Below are positions 10,238 to 20,488 of a stretch of 54,011 nt of DNA, one piece after another. The notes below the pieces were generated by a model. That model ran no database searches, was not told where the DNA came from, and was given only the letters and a program-made list of their open reading frames with translations. The translations under genes were made by a program, and so were the position numbers. Each line of letters begins with the position of its first letter. Position 1 is the first letter of the stretch. Origin of the DNA: a virus (lineage: Duplodnaviria > Caudoviricetes); IMG/VR virus record IMGVR_UViG_3300033145_000425, positions 1 to 54,011 of that record; one strand, 5' to 3'.

Positions 10238-10614
10238 CAGACCTCTTCCAATACGAACTCTACCATCCACCAGAGGAAATTAGTATGAGGATGGGGTATA
10301 TATCTAACCAATCCCAGGAACCTTACATCATAATCGGTACTGTCCTCTGGGTTAGTCCATGTAAAACTATCCGAACCACCTACTACCGTATCGTCTACAA
10401 ATGCCTTGAGTGTGTCCTTATTAGTTTGTGACATCCATGTATAGTTCACTATCCACTTGTGCGGTATCCGAGTAAACCGTGCCCGGGAGGTAACATAACC
10501 CCCCTCTGATTGACTTCTTATCGCAGGATCATGCGCCATAGTATCTTCAAATTCACCCACAACCGGACTATGTAGCTCCGTACCACGCCTGTATAATGTT
10601 GGAAATGTTGCCAT
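10237..10614 (-). CDS. Distal tail protein (gpM-like)
   Basis: GGSDSFTWTNP...VRF motif; directly after the tape measure gene. Confidence 0.75.
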   Translation of the reverse strand: MATFPTLYRRGTELHSPVVGEFEDTMAHDPAIRSQSEGGYVTSRARFTRIPHKWIVNYTWMSQTNKDTLKAFVDDTVVGGSDSFTWTNPEDSTDYDVRFLGLVRYIPHPHTNFLWWMVEFVLEEV

Positions 10615-10617
10615 ATC

Positions 10618-13011
10618 CTATCTCCCCATCCCATCTCGGAAATTGGGATTGGTGTTCATTTCTTCCAATACTGTATTAATAATTAGCCCTTTAACCGATG
10701 ATTGTCGTCCTGTTTCGCGAAGATTCATGGGTCGCCCGGACTCATTTTTAATATTGATGGCTACCTTACTTAAACCCTGTGGCAGCATTTCCCCGTATGA
10801 GTTCCCACCTACACCAGTAGTCGGGACATCCGGTTGCTGTCCTCCAAACAAGCCCTTTAGACCAGCGGGGACAAGATCCCATAAAGTAGGTACTTTTGCT
10901 CCTCTGTCCACCCCCGTACCCGTCATAGCATAGAGCAAATCATTAGCCGCTATCTCTGCTATCATATGGTTGAATGAGTTTAATACCCCCAGAAACATAT
11001 CCTCCATAAAGTCCTTCCAGTTGGTGCCGGTTTTCAGCATATTCTCAAATGTGGATGCCCACTGTGAGCGGATATCTGTCAGTACGCCTACAAACTTACC
11101 ATGCCATTTGTCTATGTCCTCCTCCGACGGGTCGAACATTTCGGCAAGTGCTCTCCTCCACGCAACTGTCAATTCCCCTATTGCTATCCCACCCTTCTTC
11201 GCCGCTTCACCCGATGCTTCCCCAAGATTCGTCAGTTGGTCTGTCATCACTTCCACTGCAGGCGCAATAGGTTCTTTCATTATCAGGTCAATCATTTCTT
11301 TCAGGGTAGCTATTGCAGTATCAAGACCTTCAGCCCATTTTGCCGGTAATAGTTTCTTCGTCCACTCATCTGTAGTGCTAAGGAGTGCTTCCATATCCAA
11401 TCGGAGTTGGTTTATTGCCATTTTACCTATCTCTGCCGCTGCTTTCTTCCCCGATTCAGCTACATCTTTAAGTTGGGGTTTAGTGGATGTTAGTGGTTGG
11501 GCAAATTGCCCCAATCTATGCCCTGTGAGCATGGGTACATCCCCGTATCCAAGGTCAATGGCGTGCTGTTTCATTCTAAACGGCGCTGAAAGTAGTTCCC
11601 CATATCCTTTACCGGAGGTTTTAAGTAACCACCATACCCCTTTTACGACTTCATCAAGTATGCCAAATTTCTCATCAGCAAACTTAGATAGTGTCTCTCC
11701 AAACTCATCCAGAGATTTATTCAACACTCCGCCGTGTCTAAATGTGTCCTCCCATACAGTCCGAAAAAGATAGAGTGTTCCGATAACTACAGTAAATGGG
11801 TTTATTAATGACAATACTCCCGATATTAGTGAAATCATAATTGGAACTGCGACTGCGAGTGTACCAAGCACCGCCACCCATTTCAGGGTAGTGGCAATGG
11901 CCTCCGCATTGTTTTTAATATATTCCTCCACTAACTTTGCTTGCTCCATTAATCTTTCGGTTACTCTTATTAAAGCGGGGGCAAGCTGTTCTCCGGTTAT
12001 GATGGCAATCTTTTGCATCTGCCTCCACAATTTACCCATTTGCTCCGTAAGCGCCTTCATCTGTTTACCGGCGACCTTTTCGGTAACGCCGCCCGCATTC
12101 TTTATCTCGTCGGCATACTTCTTGATCGCTTCTGACCCCATATCAAACAATCGTATCTGACCAGCGAGCGCTCTCACCCCGAACAATGTTCTGAACACGA
12201 GATTTTTATACTCATCGGTTGTTCCTTTGAGTCTATCGCTTATATCCCCCATTATATCCACAAACGGCTTCATCTTGCCGGTAGTATCATATATTTCGAG
12301 ACCCAACTCGTATATCAGTCCTCTCATCGCCCCCATGGGCGCCATAAGATTTGCCATAGCGCGTCTTAACACCGTACCCGCCATACTCCCCTTTATACCA
12401 GCGTTGGCCATAATCCCAAGCATGGCAGAGGTCTCCGCAAGCGTGTTATTGGTCATCTTGGCTGTGGATGCGGCATATGACATCGCCCTGGACAGCACAT
12501 CGAATGTTTGATTGGAACTTATAACAGTCTTGGTTAGTTGATCGGCAATACTATCAATATTAGCGAACTCCAGACCGAATGCACGGACAATATCCACGGT
12601 GCCTTCCACGGTCTTGGCTAAATCACTACCCATTGCACGGGACAGCATGATGGTGGTATTAAATGCCTGCATCTGCTCAGTCACGGTTAGACCGGCGGAA
12701 CCAAGAAAATAGAAAGCCTGGGCGGTATTTGCGGCGGCTTTGTTCCATTGCACCGAAGCGTCCAGTGCCATATTAGACATTTGCTTGAATTGTGCCTCCG
12801 TAGTCTCGCTAACAGACGTGGCGTGGCGTATGGCCTTATCAAACTTACCAAATTCACGCGTAATAAGGGTTATAGAGCCTACTGCCGTTGCTCCAAATAC
12901 GGCAAATGTACGGGATAGGGTTTTAAGCGAATTGTTCGCACCCTTCATACCCTTATCCCATCCGCCAGTATTTAGCTTTAAATACCCTACTGCCGCGCCT
13001 ACATTAAACAC
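10618..13011 (-). CDS. Tail tape measure protein (TP901 family)
   Basis: 797 aa, Ala/helix-rich, signature ANAGIKGSMAGTVLR. Confidence 0.92.
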   Translation of the reverse strand: MFNVGAAVGYLKLNTGGWDKGMKGANNSLKTLSRTFAVFGATAVGSITLITREFGKFDKAIRHATSVSETTEAQFKQMSNMALDASVQWNKAAANTAQAFYFLGSAGLTVTEQMQAFNTTIMLSRAMGSDLAKTVEGTVDIVRAFGLEFANIDSIADQLTKTVISSNQTFDVLSRAMSYAASTAKMTNNTLAETSAMLGIMANAGIKGSMAGTVLRRAMANLMAPMGAMRGLIYELGLEIYDTTGKMKPFVDIMGDISDRLKGTTDEYKNLVFRTLFGVRALAGQIRLFDMGSEAIKKYADEIKNAGGVTEKVAGKQMKALTEQMGKLWRQMQKIAIITGEQLAPALIRVTERLMEQAKLVEEYIKNNAEAIATTLKWVAVLGTLAVAVPIMISLISGVLSLINPFTVVIGTLYLFRTVWEDTFRHGGVLNKSLDEFGETLSKFADEKFGILDEVVKGVWWLLKTSGKGYGELLSAPFRMKQHAIDLGYGDVPMLTGHRLGQFAQPLTSTKPQLKDVAESGKKAAAEIGKMAINQLRLDMEALLSTTDEWTKKLLPAKWAEGLDTAIATLKEMIDLIMKEPIAPAVEVMTDQLTNLGEASGEAAKKGGIAIGELTVAWRRALAEMFDPSEEDIDKWHGKFVGVLTDIRSQWASTFENMLKTGTNWKDFMEDMFLGVLNSFNHMIAEIAANDLLYAMTGTGVDRGAKVPTLWDLVPAGLKGLFGGQQPDVPTTGVGGNSYGEMLPQGLSKVAINIKNESGRPMNLRETGRQSSVKGLIINTVLEEMNTNPNFRDGMGR

Positions 13012-13288
13012 CTTTGCCTCCTCCTATAAACTTTAGCATATCCCACGTAGCTTCTGACCTCTGTTTCTTAACATCATCCAAAGTCTCGGTAAGTTCAAGC
13101 CCCTCAAGAGCTTCCTGTCCCTTATCTGAAAATGCCATACTAATACCGGCACCCACCCCATAGGCAATCATGGCTATATTCTGCCTTCTCAATGCATCAA
13201 GCTGCCTCAACCAGTATCCCCGTTGTCGCAACCCCATGTCGATAAGTTCGGACCAAGTAAACATTCCCGGAAAGGCCGCAGCTATCAT
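13004..13288 (-). CDS. Tail assembly chaperone, frameshift-extension part (gpT-like)
   Basis: In the -1 frame of the upstream chaperone; frame is open from the slippery site. Confidence 0.75.
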   Translation of the reverse strand: MIAAAFPGMFTWSELIDMGLRQRGYWLRQLDALRRQNIAMIAYGVGAGISMAFSDKGQEALEGLELTETLDDVKKQRSEATWDMLKFIGGGKGV

Positions 13289-13290
13289 AG

Positions 13291-13716
13291 TTATTTCGTC
13301 GCTGCGACCTTTGGGACGTTTTTTCCTTCTAATTCCTCATTGACAGTATCCATGAGCTCTTTTATGAGACGCATAAGTTTCCGCATACCGAGTTTGGCTA
13401 TTTCCGCTTTGTCCGCGTTTAACATATCGGCGGCCATCACTGATAGCTCTTCAAAGTTGTCTATATTATTAAATTCTTTGTTGAGCTTGGTTATCTGTTC
13501 TGCGCCCTTTTCTACATCGGCAGCAGAATTGGTTTTCTCAGCGACTTGCATGAGCCGGGTCGCTTTTTCCAACCTAACCTTGATATCGTCAGACTTTTCG
13601 GTGATTTTAGCCATCTTCTTGGCGGTATCCCGTGAAATGTCCTCGACGGTGTACGTTTTCCCACCTACTGTAACCTCAATAGGTTCACAAAGTTCATCAA
13701 TGTTAATTTTGGGCAT
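13291..13716 (-). CDS. Tail assembly chaperone (gpG-like)
   Basis: Lies between tail tube and tape measure genes; ends with a slippery site. Confidence 0.8.
   Translation of the reverse strand: MPKINIDELCEPIEVTVGGKTYTVEDISRDTAKKMAKITEKSDDIKVRLEKATRLMQVAEKTNSAADVEKGAEQITKLNKEFNNIDNFEELSVMAADMLNADKAEIAKLGMRKLMRLIKELMDTVNEELEGKNVPKVAATK
13318..13324 (-). other. Programmed -1 ribosomal frameshift site A AAA AAC
   Basis: GGA AAA AAC; the -1 frame reads KRPKGRSDEITMIAAAF without a stop into ORF 13004-13288. Confidence 0.8.
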
Positions 13717-13728
13717 AAATCCCTCCTT

Positions 13729-14286
13729 TTAAGCGTAAACTGTATCACCCCATACGTACCCGGCACTCCACAAAACGTTGCCTTTGTTTTTATCGGGGTG
13801 TGCTGTAAATGTCAACCCGTACACCCTTTGGTCGCGTAGATTGAAGACTACATCGAAATTGGCTTGCGGATAGGTGCGTTCCAACCGCATCCATGTCCCG
13901 TTGACAGCCGCTATGCCAGCCACTATTGGCTTGACGAACAGTGGCAGTCCATTATCATACATAGACACACCAGTCATTGCTGCTACGTTAATGGCTACTG
14001 CTACATCTTCGTCGACGGTGGGGGGATTTGTACCAGCGTCCGCAAGCAATGTAGCAAATGTCGCAGTTGTAATACGTGTAGCAGGCACAGTAATTGAGCA
14101 TTCCGAAATCCCCGATATAATAGTATCTACCGGTGTGCCCCCGGATATTGCCTCATAAACCTTGCCCGCTTCTGCCGAATTGAGCGTAAGCCGGACTTCC
14201 TCGAATATTTCCGATACGGTGGTTGCTCCCCAAGCAACAATGGCCGGTCCCAAATCTCTTGTTGGTCCCATTGTTCCGATTGCCAT
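13729..14286 (-). CDS. Major tail (tube) protein
   Basis: 185 aa; LGPA..W and F....QRVYGLTFTA motifs; canonical position. Confidence 0.75.
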   Translation of the reverse strand: MAIGTMGPTRDLGPAIVAWGATTVSEIFEEVRLTLNSAEAGKVYEAISGGTPVDTIISGISECSITVPATRITTATFATLLADAGTNPPTVDEDVAVAINVAAMTGVSMYDNGLPLFVKPIVAGIAAVNGTWMRLERTYPQANFDVVFNLRDQRVYGLTFTAHPDKNKGNVLWSAGYVWGDTVYA

Positions 14287-14300
14287 GTTATTCCTCCTTG

Positions 14301-14702
14301 TTAAGATGACATATTTGTTACTGTTACATCGATAGACATAGCAAATACATGCCGCCTACCGGATTCGTCCAGATCCACATAATATGGTGTTCTGCACACA
14401 AAATTACACACGTAGATGGGGCCACTGTCAATTACAGGCAAGCTTATCTGATGTGTTCCGTGCAGAAGATTAAACACGGTATAGGCGTTATCCCGCGCTG
14501 TGAAACGTGTAACCGCTCTCGCATAGGCTACGAGAGGTACTTGGCGTAAGTCAGTGAGGATACCATTGGCCAGACCAGGCGCAGGCTCCGCAATGACAAT
14601 ACACTCATCCTGTACATTGGAATCCGCACTTATCTCTATAAGGTCAGTTCCAACGGTAAATGAGGTGTTTGCTGCTATATAAGCGCATAATTCTTGTATC
14701 AT
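14301..14702 (-). CDS. Tail terminator / minor capsid-type protein
   Basis: Position; P..VDLDESGRRHVF motif. Confidence 0.65.
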   Translation of the reverse strand: MIQELCAYIAANTSFTVGTDLIEISADSNVQDECIVIAEPAPGLANGILTDLRQVPLVAYARAVTRFTARDNAYTVFNLLHGTHQISLPVIDSGPIYVCNFVCRTPYYVDLDESGRRHVFAMSIDVTVTNMSS

Positions 14703-14863
14703 ACGTTGACTTTCTCTGCTTTATTTTTCCGTCTTAGCAACCTGTTTATAGTAACCCGAGTTACATTAAACCGTTCTGCAATATGTCTCGATTTCACGCC
14801 CTGTAGGTATAGTACAGATATTCTGTCTGCCTGTTGTGCTGTTAAATGATTTCCTTTACTCAT
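14699..14863 (-). CDS. Small helix-turn-helix protein (54 aa), not in the ORF track
   Basis: MSKGNHLTAQQADRISVLYLQGVKSRHIAERFNVTRVTINRLLRRK...; ATGA overlaps at both ends. Confidence 0.7.
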   Translation of the reverse strand: MSKGNHLTAQQADRISVLYLQGVKSRHIAERFNVTRVTINRLLRRKNKAEKVNV

Positions 14864-15378
14864 AATCTTATTGCATTGGCCAGAATGTCCATGTACTCGA
14901 CTGCATTCCCGTAGAGCTTCTTTGACATGAAATATCTACCGGCGCCCTTTTGAGTCTTTCGCTCAAATGATTCGTGCTGTTTGGCGGCGTAGGGGGCATT
15001 AAACACAACACAGGCTTCATGGCTCGTGGGTACAATAGGAGTTCCACCATAGTTATTTGGCTGATATTTACCTGTTGCGCCCTCTCCGTGATTCACCGTT
15101 GTCCCCTTTTTCACCCCATCCACAAACAACGCCCCTGATGCCCGTAACTCACCTGCTTTTCTGTCATCCTTATATGGAGGCTCGCCGGGTTGCCTGGATC
15201 GCCGTATGGGTGTCGTAGGCACCCCTGTGACTGTATCCGTCATGAACTTGAGTCCGGCTAATGTCAATCCCATTCTGATACGTGCAGGCATTACCACCAC
15301 GTTAAGCCGTTCCATGTTCCGCATTACCTCGGACATATCCAGATGCATTTCTCTACTTCTAAGCGACATATACGTCAA
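14860..15378 (-). CDS. Tail completion protein (HK97 gp10-like)
   Basis: TP...GELRASG...VVFNAPYAAKQHE...YF motif. Confidence 0.8.
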   Translation of the reverse strand: MTYMSLRSREMHLDMSEVMRNMERLNVVVMPARIRMGLTLAGLKFMTDTVTGVPTTPIRRSRQPGEPPYKDDRKAGELRASGALFVDGVKKGTTVNHGEGATGKYQPNNYGGTPIVPTSHEACVVFNAPYAAKQHESFERKTQKGAGRYFMSKKLYGNAVEYMDILANAIRL

Positions 15379-15694
15379 AACTCCTTACAGTAAAATCTCT
15401 CGCTTTGTTTATCTTCATAATAGCGTGTTCAGCGCCATCAAATACTATTAAATCCTTATCCGATATTGTATTTGTTGCCCGTGTGGAGAACCCGGTCGTG
15501 ATAATTGTACGGGGTCTCATCCGCACCTTGGTATTACTCACTACCATTGTCCCTTCGGCATTCTGTATCCTGTACTCCCCATACTCTATGAATGCTTTCA
15601 CACTCACATCTTTGGGCGTTAATGGTTCTTGATGAGTATCCGTACCCTTATTCATGCGTAAGGTCACTGTATCTTTGAGATATGAACCGATCAT
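15359..15694 (-). CDS. Head closure protein
   Basis: 111 aa, beta-rich, canonical neck position. Confidence 0.6.
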   Translation of the reverse strand: MIGSYLKDTVTLRMNKGTDTHQEPLTPKDVSVKAFIEYGEYRIQNAEGTMVVSNTKVRMRPRTIITTGFSTRATNTISDKDLIVFDGAEHAIMKINKARDFTVRSFDVYVA

Positions 15695-15703
15695 AATTAC
15701 CTC

Positions 15704-16969
15704 TTATATCTCCTGAAGCTCAAGCCACACAGTCGCAGTATCCACACCAGCGGACTCCGATTTAGAATACGCCGATATTACTGCTCCCTGATTAAATATA
15801 AATTCTGTTCCTGACGGAGCGCTTACTCCAGTTCTTTTATGAGCAAGATTCTCACCTTCAATTTGTATATCCATAAAAGTAGTTGTCCCATCTGTGAGTT
15901 TTATGCGGAATTTCTCAGAAGCATCTGCCTCCACATGAACTCCGGTAATACGGAATGGCACGGATGCCGCACCACGTACCTGTACCGGAGCAGCAGTCCA
16001 TACATTTGCGCCATCGCCGGTATCAACATCAACACCAGTGAAATTATCCGGTTCCGTGGATATTGGGAACTCACCGTGTATGTTGGTGAATATGTGGTCG
16101 CCCACCTCATCATCTATATTAACCGTGTTGTGGTGAAATATGATGCCATTGAAATGCTGCTCATTACCTTCGTCGAGGTCGAGTGCTATTGCACATTCCC
16201 CTATATCAATATCATTAAACGCATTTTCATCCGAAGTTGCGCCTGTAATCTGGATTCCTTTAAGGCAATCGTGCATTCGTAAACCAGTAAAATTAGAGCA
16301 ACAATATTTATCTAAAAGTAGTGCCGTCATGAGCGTCCCGTTCTTGCCACGAAAATTACAATCAGTTACTTTTGCGTGTTTAGCAAGCGAGGCATGGTTG
16401 AGGCTCAAGGCTGTCTTAGCTGATGTCAAGTCCTCACCGACAAACTGACAATGGCTTACCCTTGCCGCCCCTTTTCTAATGCTCACACCATTATTGCCAG
16501 TGCCGAGATTAAAATTCAGGTCTATTAATGACGTGTAGCCGGTAAATTTCAATAGACTGGTAGCTCCGGCATGGTTATTCTTTATCTTCGTCCACGTCCG
16601 GTGGCTTCCCTGGACAATATAGTTGCCGGTGAAAGTGGGATTGCCAGTCATGTCAATATCATAGTAATTACTCCCTGTGTTTATCCCAACGAGAATAAGA
16701 GTACACTCATTAACATCGGTACTTGCGGCTGCTAAAGCCCCTTGGATCGTCGTGTATGCCGTGCCCCATGTAAGCCCATCACTATCATCCCCATTCGGGC
16801 TCACGCGCAAGACAGCCGTTACTGCTCTCCCTGCTGTGGACATCCCGCTGGTTTGGAGATTATTCGCGGCCTCAAGTCCAGTCGCCGCGTCATACGCCAC
16901 TATAGCGGCTGCACTGGCTTCCTGAGCCTCTGTCTGTGTCAGGGTCGGAACTCCACTTAAATTAATCAT
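15704..16969 (-). CDS. Right-handed beta-helix (pectin-lyase-like) virion appendage protein
   Basis: VSPNGDDSDGLTWGTAYTTIQGAL N-cap motif followed by Asn/Cys beta-helix repeats; start set to the ATG after AAGGAG. Confidence 0.7.
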   Translation of the reverse strand: MINLSGVPTLTQTEAQEASAAAIVAYDAATGLEAANNLQTSGMSTAGRAVTAVLRVSPNGDDSDGLTWGTAYTTIQGALAAASTDVNECTLILVGINTGSNYYDIDMTGNPTFTGNYIVQGSHRTWTKIKNNHAGATSLLKFTGYTSLIDLNFNLGTGNNGVSIRKGAARVSHCQFVGEDLTSAKTALSLNHASLAKHAKVTDCNFRGKNGTLMTALLLDKYCCSNFTGLRMHDCLKGIQITGATSDENAFNDIDIGECAIALDLDEGNEQHFNGIIFHHNTVNIDDEVGDHIFTNIHGEFPISTEPDNFTGVDVDTGDGANVWTAAPVQVRGAASVPFRITGVHVEADASEKFRIKLTDGTTTFMDIQIEGENLAHKRTGVSAPSGTEFIFNQGAVISAYSKSESAGVDTATVWLELQEI

Positions 16970-16979
16970 AGCTCTCTCC

Positions 16980-17387
16980 TTACGAGATTGATTGTATATA
17001 CGCCTGTAATTGTATCGTGGCGGCCGCAAGGACTCCTGCTGCCCCGGTTATGCCTACGCGCACATAAGGAGGTAAGGCATCGCCGAAGCGCATGAGAGTG
17101 CATCCATTGGTAGATATGGTTATTGGCGTTAGAGTAGCAGTCGGGTCAATAATAGACCTGATGTCATCCCAACCCACAGCATCCAAACTACCCTCGACGG
17201 TAAGGGTAATTTCATCTCCACTACCTAAACCAGCCACATCCGCCTGAACGAACAAATCCCGGCACCATGGGCAGAATATTTCGTCCGTATAGCCTGTCGC
17301 GCCTATCAGAGGCAGCGATATGGTTACATATTCCGGCCCAACATAGTTTAATGTCGGTGATGGCTTGGCTGTTCTTACTTCAATCAT
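16980..17387 (-). CDS. Hypothetical protein, jelly-roll-like, probably virion-associated
   Basis: LTVEGSLD..GW and PYVRV motifs. Confidence 0.5.
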   Translation of the reverse strand: MIEVRTAKPSPTLNYVGPEYVTISLPLIGATGYTDEIFCPWCRDLFVQADVAGLGSGDEITLTVEGSLDAVGWDDIRSIIDPTATLTPITISTNGCTLMRFGDALPPYVRVGITGAAGVLAAATIQLQAYIQSIS

Positions 17388-17399
17388 TGTCTTTCCCCT

Positions 17400-17657
17400 T
17401 TATTCCGGTGCAGCCATGTTAGAAGCGAAATCCTCAGCCATCTGCTCAGCATCGTTGAGCGTCTTGGCTGTCCACGGACCACGTTCCTCTTTGTAGGCAC
17501 AACTGCCTTTAGGTACTGTGGAGCCGATTCCGTACTTATTCTGTTTTCCATTACAGGTTACACGAAACATCTGCTCTTCCTCAATGAACACTATGCTCAT
17601 TTTAGGCACTGCTTTTTTCTTCGTGCGGGTACTTCTCTTCCCGGACTTGTTCATCAT
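17400..17657 (-). CDS. Hypothetical protein
   Basis: 85-aa ORF with GAGGAGG RBS. Confidence 0.5.
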   Translation of the reverse strand: MMNKSGKRSTRTKKKAVPKMSIVFIEEEQMFRVTCNGKQNKYGIGSTVPKGSCAYKEERGPWTAKTLNDAEQMAEDFASNMAAPE

Positions 17658-17669
17658 ATCCTCCTCTGT

Positions 17670-18155
17670 TTAGCTATCCGTCTCATCGGCAAGCTGATTA
17701 GTGTAAGCGTCGTAGTCTACGCTTTCATTCTCATTACGTGCAATATCAACCAGGTACACAGGCCTGTCCGTATCATAGTCCTGTAACAACTGTTGCACTA
17801 TCGGTGGTATAGGCAATTCCACAGAGTTATCATCCTTATACCGCTCCTTCACCACGCCTGCTGCTATAACCCCCTGCACCTGCAACCCCATGCGCAAATC
17901 AAGGTCGGGTTGATGCTGTAGCAGGAAAAAAGCCATCTCGCATTGCGCATCCTTTATGGGCTGGGCAGCGGTAGCGGATGCCGCGAGCGAATATTTCCCC
18001 GACAAGAGCCAGTTGTATGCGGTAATCAATGCCGGTATATTATCGTCTGCGTCATTCGTCCAATAGTCATCCCCATGAATCCGTCCCTCAAAATACGTAT
18101 TAGCTGCTTCTTCTGTCACCCAGCTATTCGTCCCTACTGTTATCGTGGCTGCCAT
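17670..18155 (-). CDS. Head-tail adaptor (family often labelled DnaT-like ssDNA-binding)
   Basis: GTNSWVT..AANTYF, ALITA, IKDAQCEMA and P.V..LL..Y motifs. Confidence 0.75.
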   Translation of the reverse strand: MAATITVGTNSWVTEEAANTYFEGRIHGDDYWTNDADDNIPALITAYNWLLSGKYSLAASATAAQPIKDAQCEMAFFLLQHQPDLDLRMGLQVQGVIAAGVVKERYKDDNSVELPIPPIVQQLLQDYDTDRPVYLVDIARNENESVDYDAYTNQLADETDS

Positions 18156-18159
18156 TATA

Positions 18160-19134
18160 TCACCCCTTCAGTGTTTTATATTCTGCCTTCACCATCATCT
18201 CGACCAAGTCTGTGAATTTCGTCTGTGCCTCCCACCCCAACTCTCTCTTGGCTTTTGACGCATCCCCCAATAACAACTCCACATCACTTGGGCGCTTGAA
18301 CTCTTCATCCGTCACTACACATTTTCTCCAGTCTAATCCGAGCTCGTCGAATGCCCATGCACAAAAATCCTGTACCGTATGCGTCTCCCCGGTGGCTATC
18401 ACATAATCTTCCGGCTTATCTGCCAGCAACATCATGTTCATAGCCTCTACATACTCTTTGCTGTATCCCCAATCCCTCTGTGCCCCAATATTCCCAAGAT
18501 ACAGTTTATCGGCTCTGCCAAGTTTTATCATTGTAGCGCCGTGTGTTATCTTACGTGTAACAAATTCCATGCCCCGCCGTGGTGACTCGTGATTAAACAA
18601 TATCCCGCTACATGCAAACATCCCATACGCCTCCCTGAAGTGCCTTGTAAGGTCAAATGCGGCTACTTTAGACACCCCATAGGGAGAACGTGGGTGGAAG
18701 GGTGTTTGCTCATTCTGCGGGGACACTGACACCTTGCCAAACATTTCCGAGGAACCGGCGAAATAAAATCGGCATTCCGGCTTCACGGTCTTAATGGCGG
18801 TGAGCATATTCAGCGTTCCGGTTATATTTATATTCAGGGTGGTGTGTGCATCCTCAAAGCTGTCAGCAACAAAGCTCTGTGCTGCCAGATGGTAACACTC
18901 GTCCGGCTTGAGCAGTTCTATCACACGAAACATACTGCCATAGTTCTCCACTGACCCGGCATGTAGAGACAACTTGCCACGCAGGTGATGTATCCTCTCC
19001 ATCCGTACACTTGGCTTCATGATAGCCGCTCTACGTACTACACCATGCACCTCGTAGCCGCGCTCCAACAATAATTCGGCGAGATAGCTTCCGTCCTGCC
19101 CGGTAATCCCTGTGATTAATGCTACTTTCCCCAT
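18160..19134 (-). CDS. gmd: GDP-mannose 4,6-dehydratase
   Basis: ALITGITGQDGSYLAE, LAAQSFV, SSEMFG, PRSPYGVSK, GILFNHESPRRG, RDWG. Confidence 0.96.
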   Translation of the reverse strand: MGKVALITGITGQDGSYLAELLLERGYEVHGVVRRAAIMKPSVRMERIHHLRGKLSLHAGSVENYGSMFRVIELLKPDECYHLAAQSFVADSFEDAHTTLNINITGTLNMLTAIKTVKPECRFYFAGSSEMFGKVSVSPQNEQTPFHPRSPYGVSKVAAFDLTRHFREAYGMFACSGILFNHESPRRGMEFVTRKITHGATMIKLGRADKLYLGNIGAQRDWGYSKEYVEAMNMMLLADKPEDYVIATGETHTVQDFCAWAFDELGLDWRKCVVTDEEFKRPSDVELLLGDASKAKRELGWEAQTKFTDLVEMMVKAEYKTLKG

Positions 19135-19139
19135 AGTTG

Positions 19140-20135
19140 TTATTCCTTAATCTTATGTTCCCAGTAGTCCAGTAAATCCACTAATGTTTGTGCTATCGGG
19201 ATTTTTGGTTGCCACCCGGTCAACTCTCGGCACTTAGTGCTGTCCGGTATCTGCACCGGGATATCTATTTTCCTAACAAAATTAGGATTGACTTCAAACT
19301 TAACCTTGTCCGTTAATCCTGCAAAGCCCATCATCAGATTCAGATAGCCACCTATCGTGTCGAGAGTATCGCCCCCGATATTATACGACTCACCCGGAGT
19401 AAATGTCTCCATGAGCATCTTGTATGCCCTGACACAATCCCTCACGTCCATCACGACCCGTTTACTACTCAATGTCCCAACGGCTATAACAGGCCTCTGT
19501 AGCTCTTTCTTTATCCGTACAATCTGGTACGCATCACCGGATATAGAAAACCTGAACCCGCGCCGTGGTCCTGTGTGAGAGAAAGCCCGGGTATTAAACA
19601 ACTGTAGCCCTTTCGACTGTGCCCTTTCGGTCACATATAAGTCCCCAGCCGCCTTACTCACCCCATACGGATTAACGGGTGCTATAGGAAAGCTCTCTGT
19701 GATCGGCTGATCATCTTCCGTCACTGCCCCATACACCTCGCTCGTGCTACAATTCATAAACTTACACGCTGGAGAATATTTCTCTATGAGGTCAACCAGA
19801 TTTATCGTGCCAAGCGCATTAGTGGCAAAGGTATACCTCGGTTGCGCAAAGCTTGTCGGAGGATGCGATTGGGCGCCAAGGTGATATATTTCATCGAACG
19901 TGATTTTAGAGAATATTCTATCCAATGACGCATAATTGCCTAAATCACCCTGTACCCATTCTATCTGACTGAACACACCGTCTGTCACCACATCCCTGAT
20001 ATCGTTCTCACGCCCATTAGATGCCCTTATAAGACCATAAATCTTCAGATCATATTCTGGTACACAATTTATAATACAGTTTGCCAGATGCGGCCCGGCG
20101 AAGCCTGTAATACCTGTTATGAGTATATTCTTCAT
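19140..20135 (-). CDS. Extended SDR, GDP-sugar dehydratase/reductase (Rmd-like GDP-4-keto-6-deoxymannose reductase candidate)
   Basis: ITGITGFAG, HLGAQS, STSEVYG, PYGVSK, RAFSHTGP, DVRDCVRAY. Confidence 0.8.
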   Translation of the reverse strand: MKNILITGITGFAGPHLANCIINCVPEYDLKIYGLIRASNGRENDIRDVVTDGVFSQIEWVQGDLGNYASLDRIFSKITFDEIYHLGAQSHPPTSFAQPRYTFATNALGTINLVDLIEKYSPACKFMNCSTSEVYGAVTEDDQPITESFPIAPVNPYGVSKAAGDLYVTERAQSKGLQLFNTRAFSHTGPRRGFRFSISGDAYQIVRIKKELQRPVIAVGTLSSKRVVMDVRDCVRAYKMLMETFTPGESYNIGGDTLDTIGGYLNLMMGFAGLTDKVKFEVNPNFVRKIDIPVQIPDSTKCRELTGWQPKIPIAQTLVDLLDYWEHKIKE

Positions 20136-20488
20136 CCCTTGCCATCCTTCTCTACCAATTTATTAATCAACTTACTCATTTTCACCCGTATAACATTGAA
20201 TTTCCGTACCCGTAATGATAATATGCCAGCTATTACCGGATCGCCATCCATCTTTCCGCTATGTATTGGCGCCTCATAATCCCATATCGTGCCATTTATT
20301 GTATACATCACATCGATTAACTCATCCCATAACAAATCTGGATGTTTCCTTTTCACCTCACTCACACCAGCGTTGAGCCGTCCCTCCTCCTTTATATCAC
20401 CATTATCCCGCTCCCTGTACAGTCTCGCAATCGTGTATTTGTCAATTAATTCCCCCGGCTGCATCTCCATTATAATTCCCCTCACCAA
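20132..20488 (-). CDS. Small helical protein (DUF6165-like), glycan-cluster associated
   Basis: GELIDKYTI...ING.IWDYE...N..RV.....IN pattern. Confidence 0.55.
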   Translation of the reverse strand: MVRGIIMEMQPGELIDKYTIARLYRERDNGDIKEEGRLNAGVSEVKRKHPDLLWDELIDVMYTINGTIWDYEAPIHSGKMDGDPVIAGILSLRVRKFNVIRVKMSKLINKLVEKDGKG

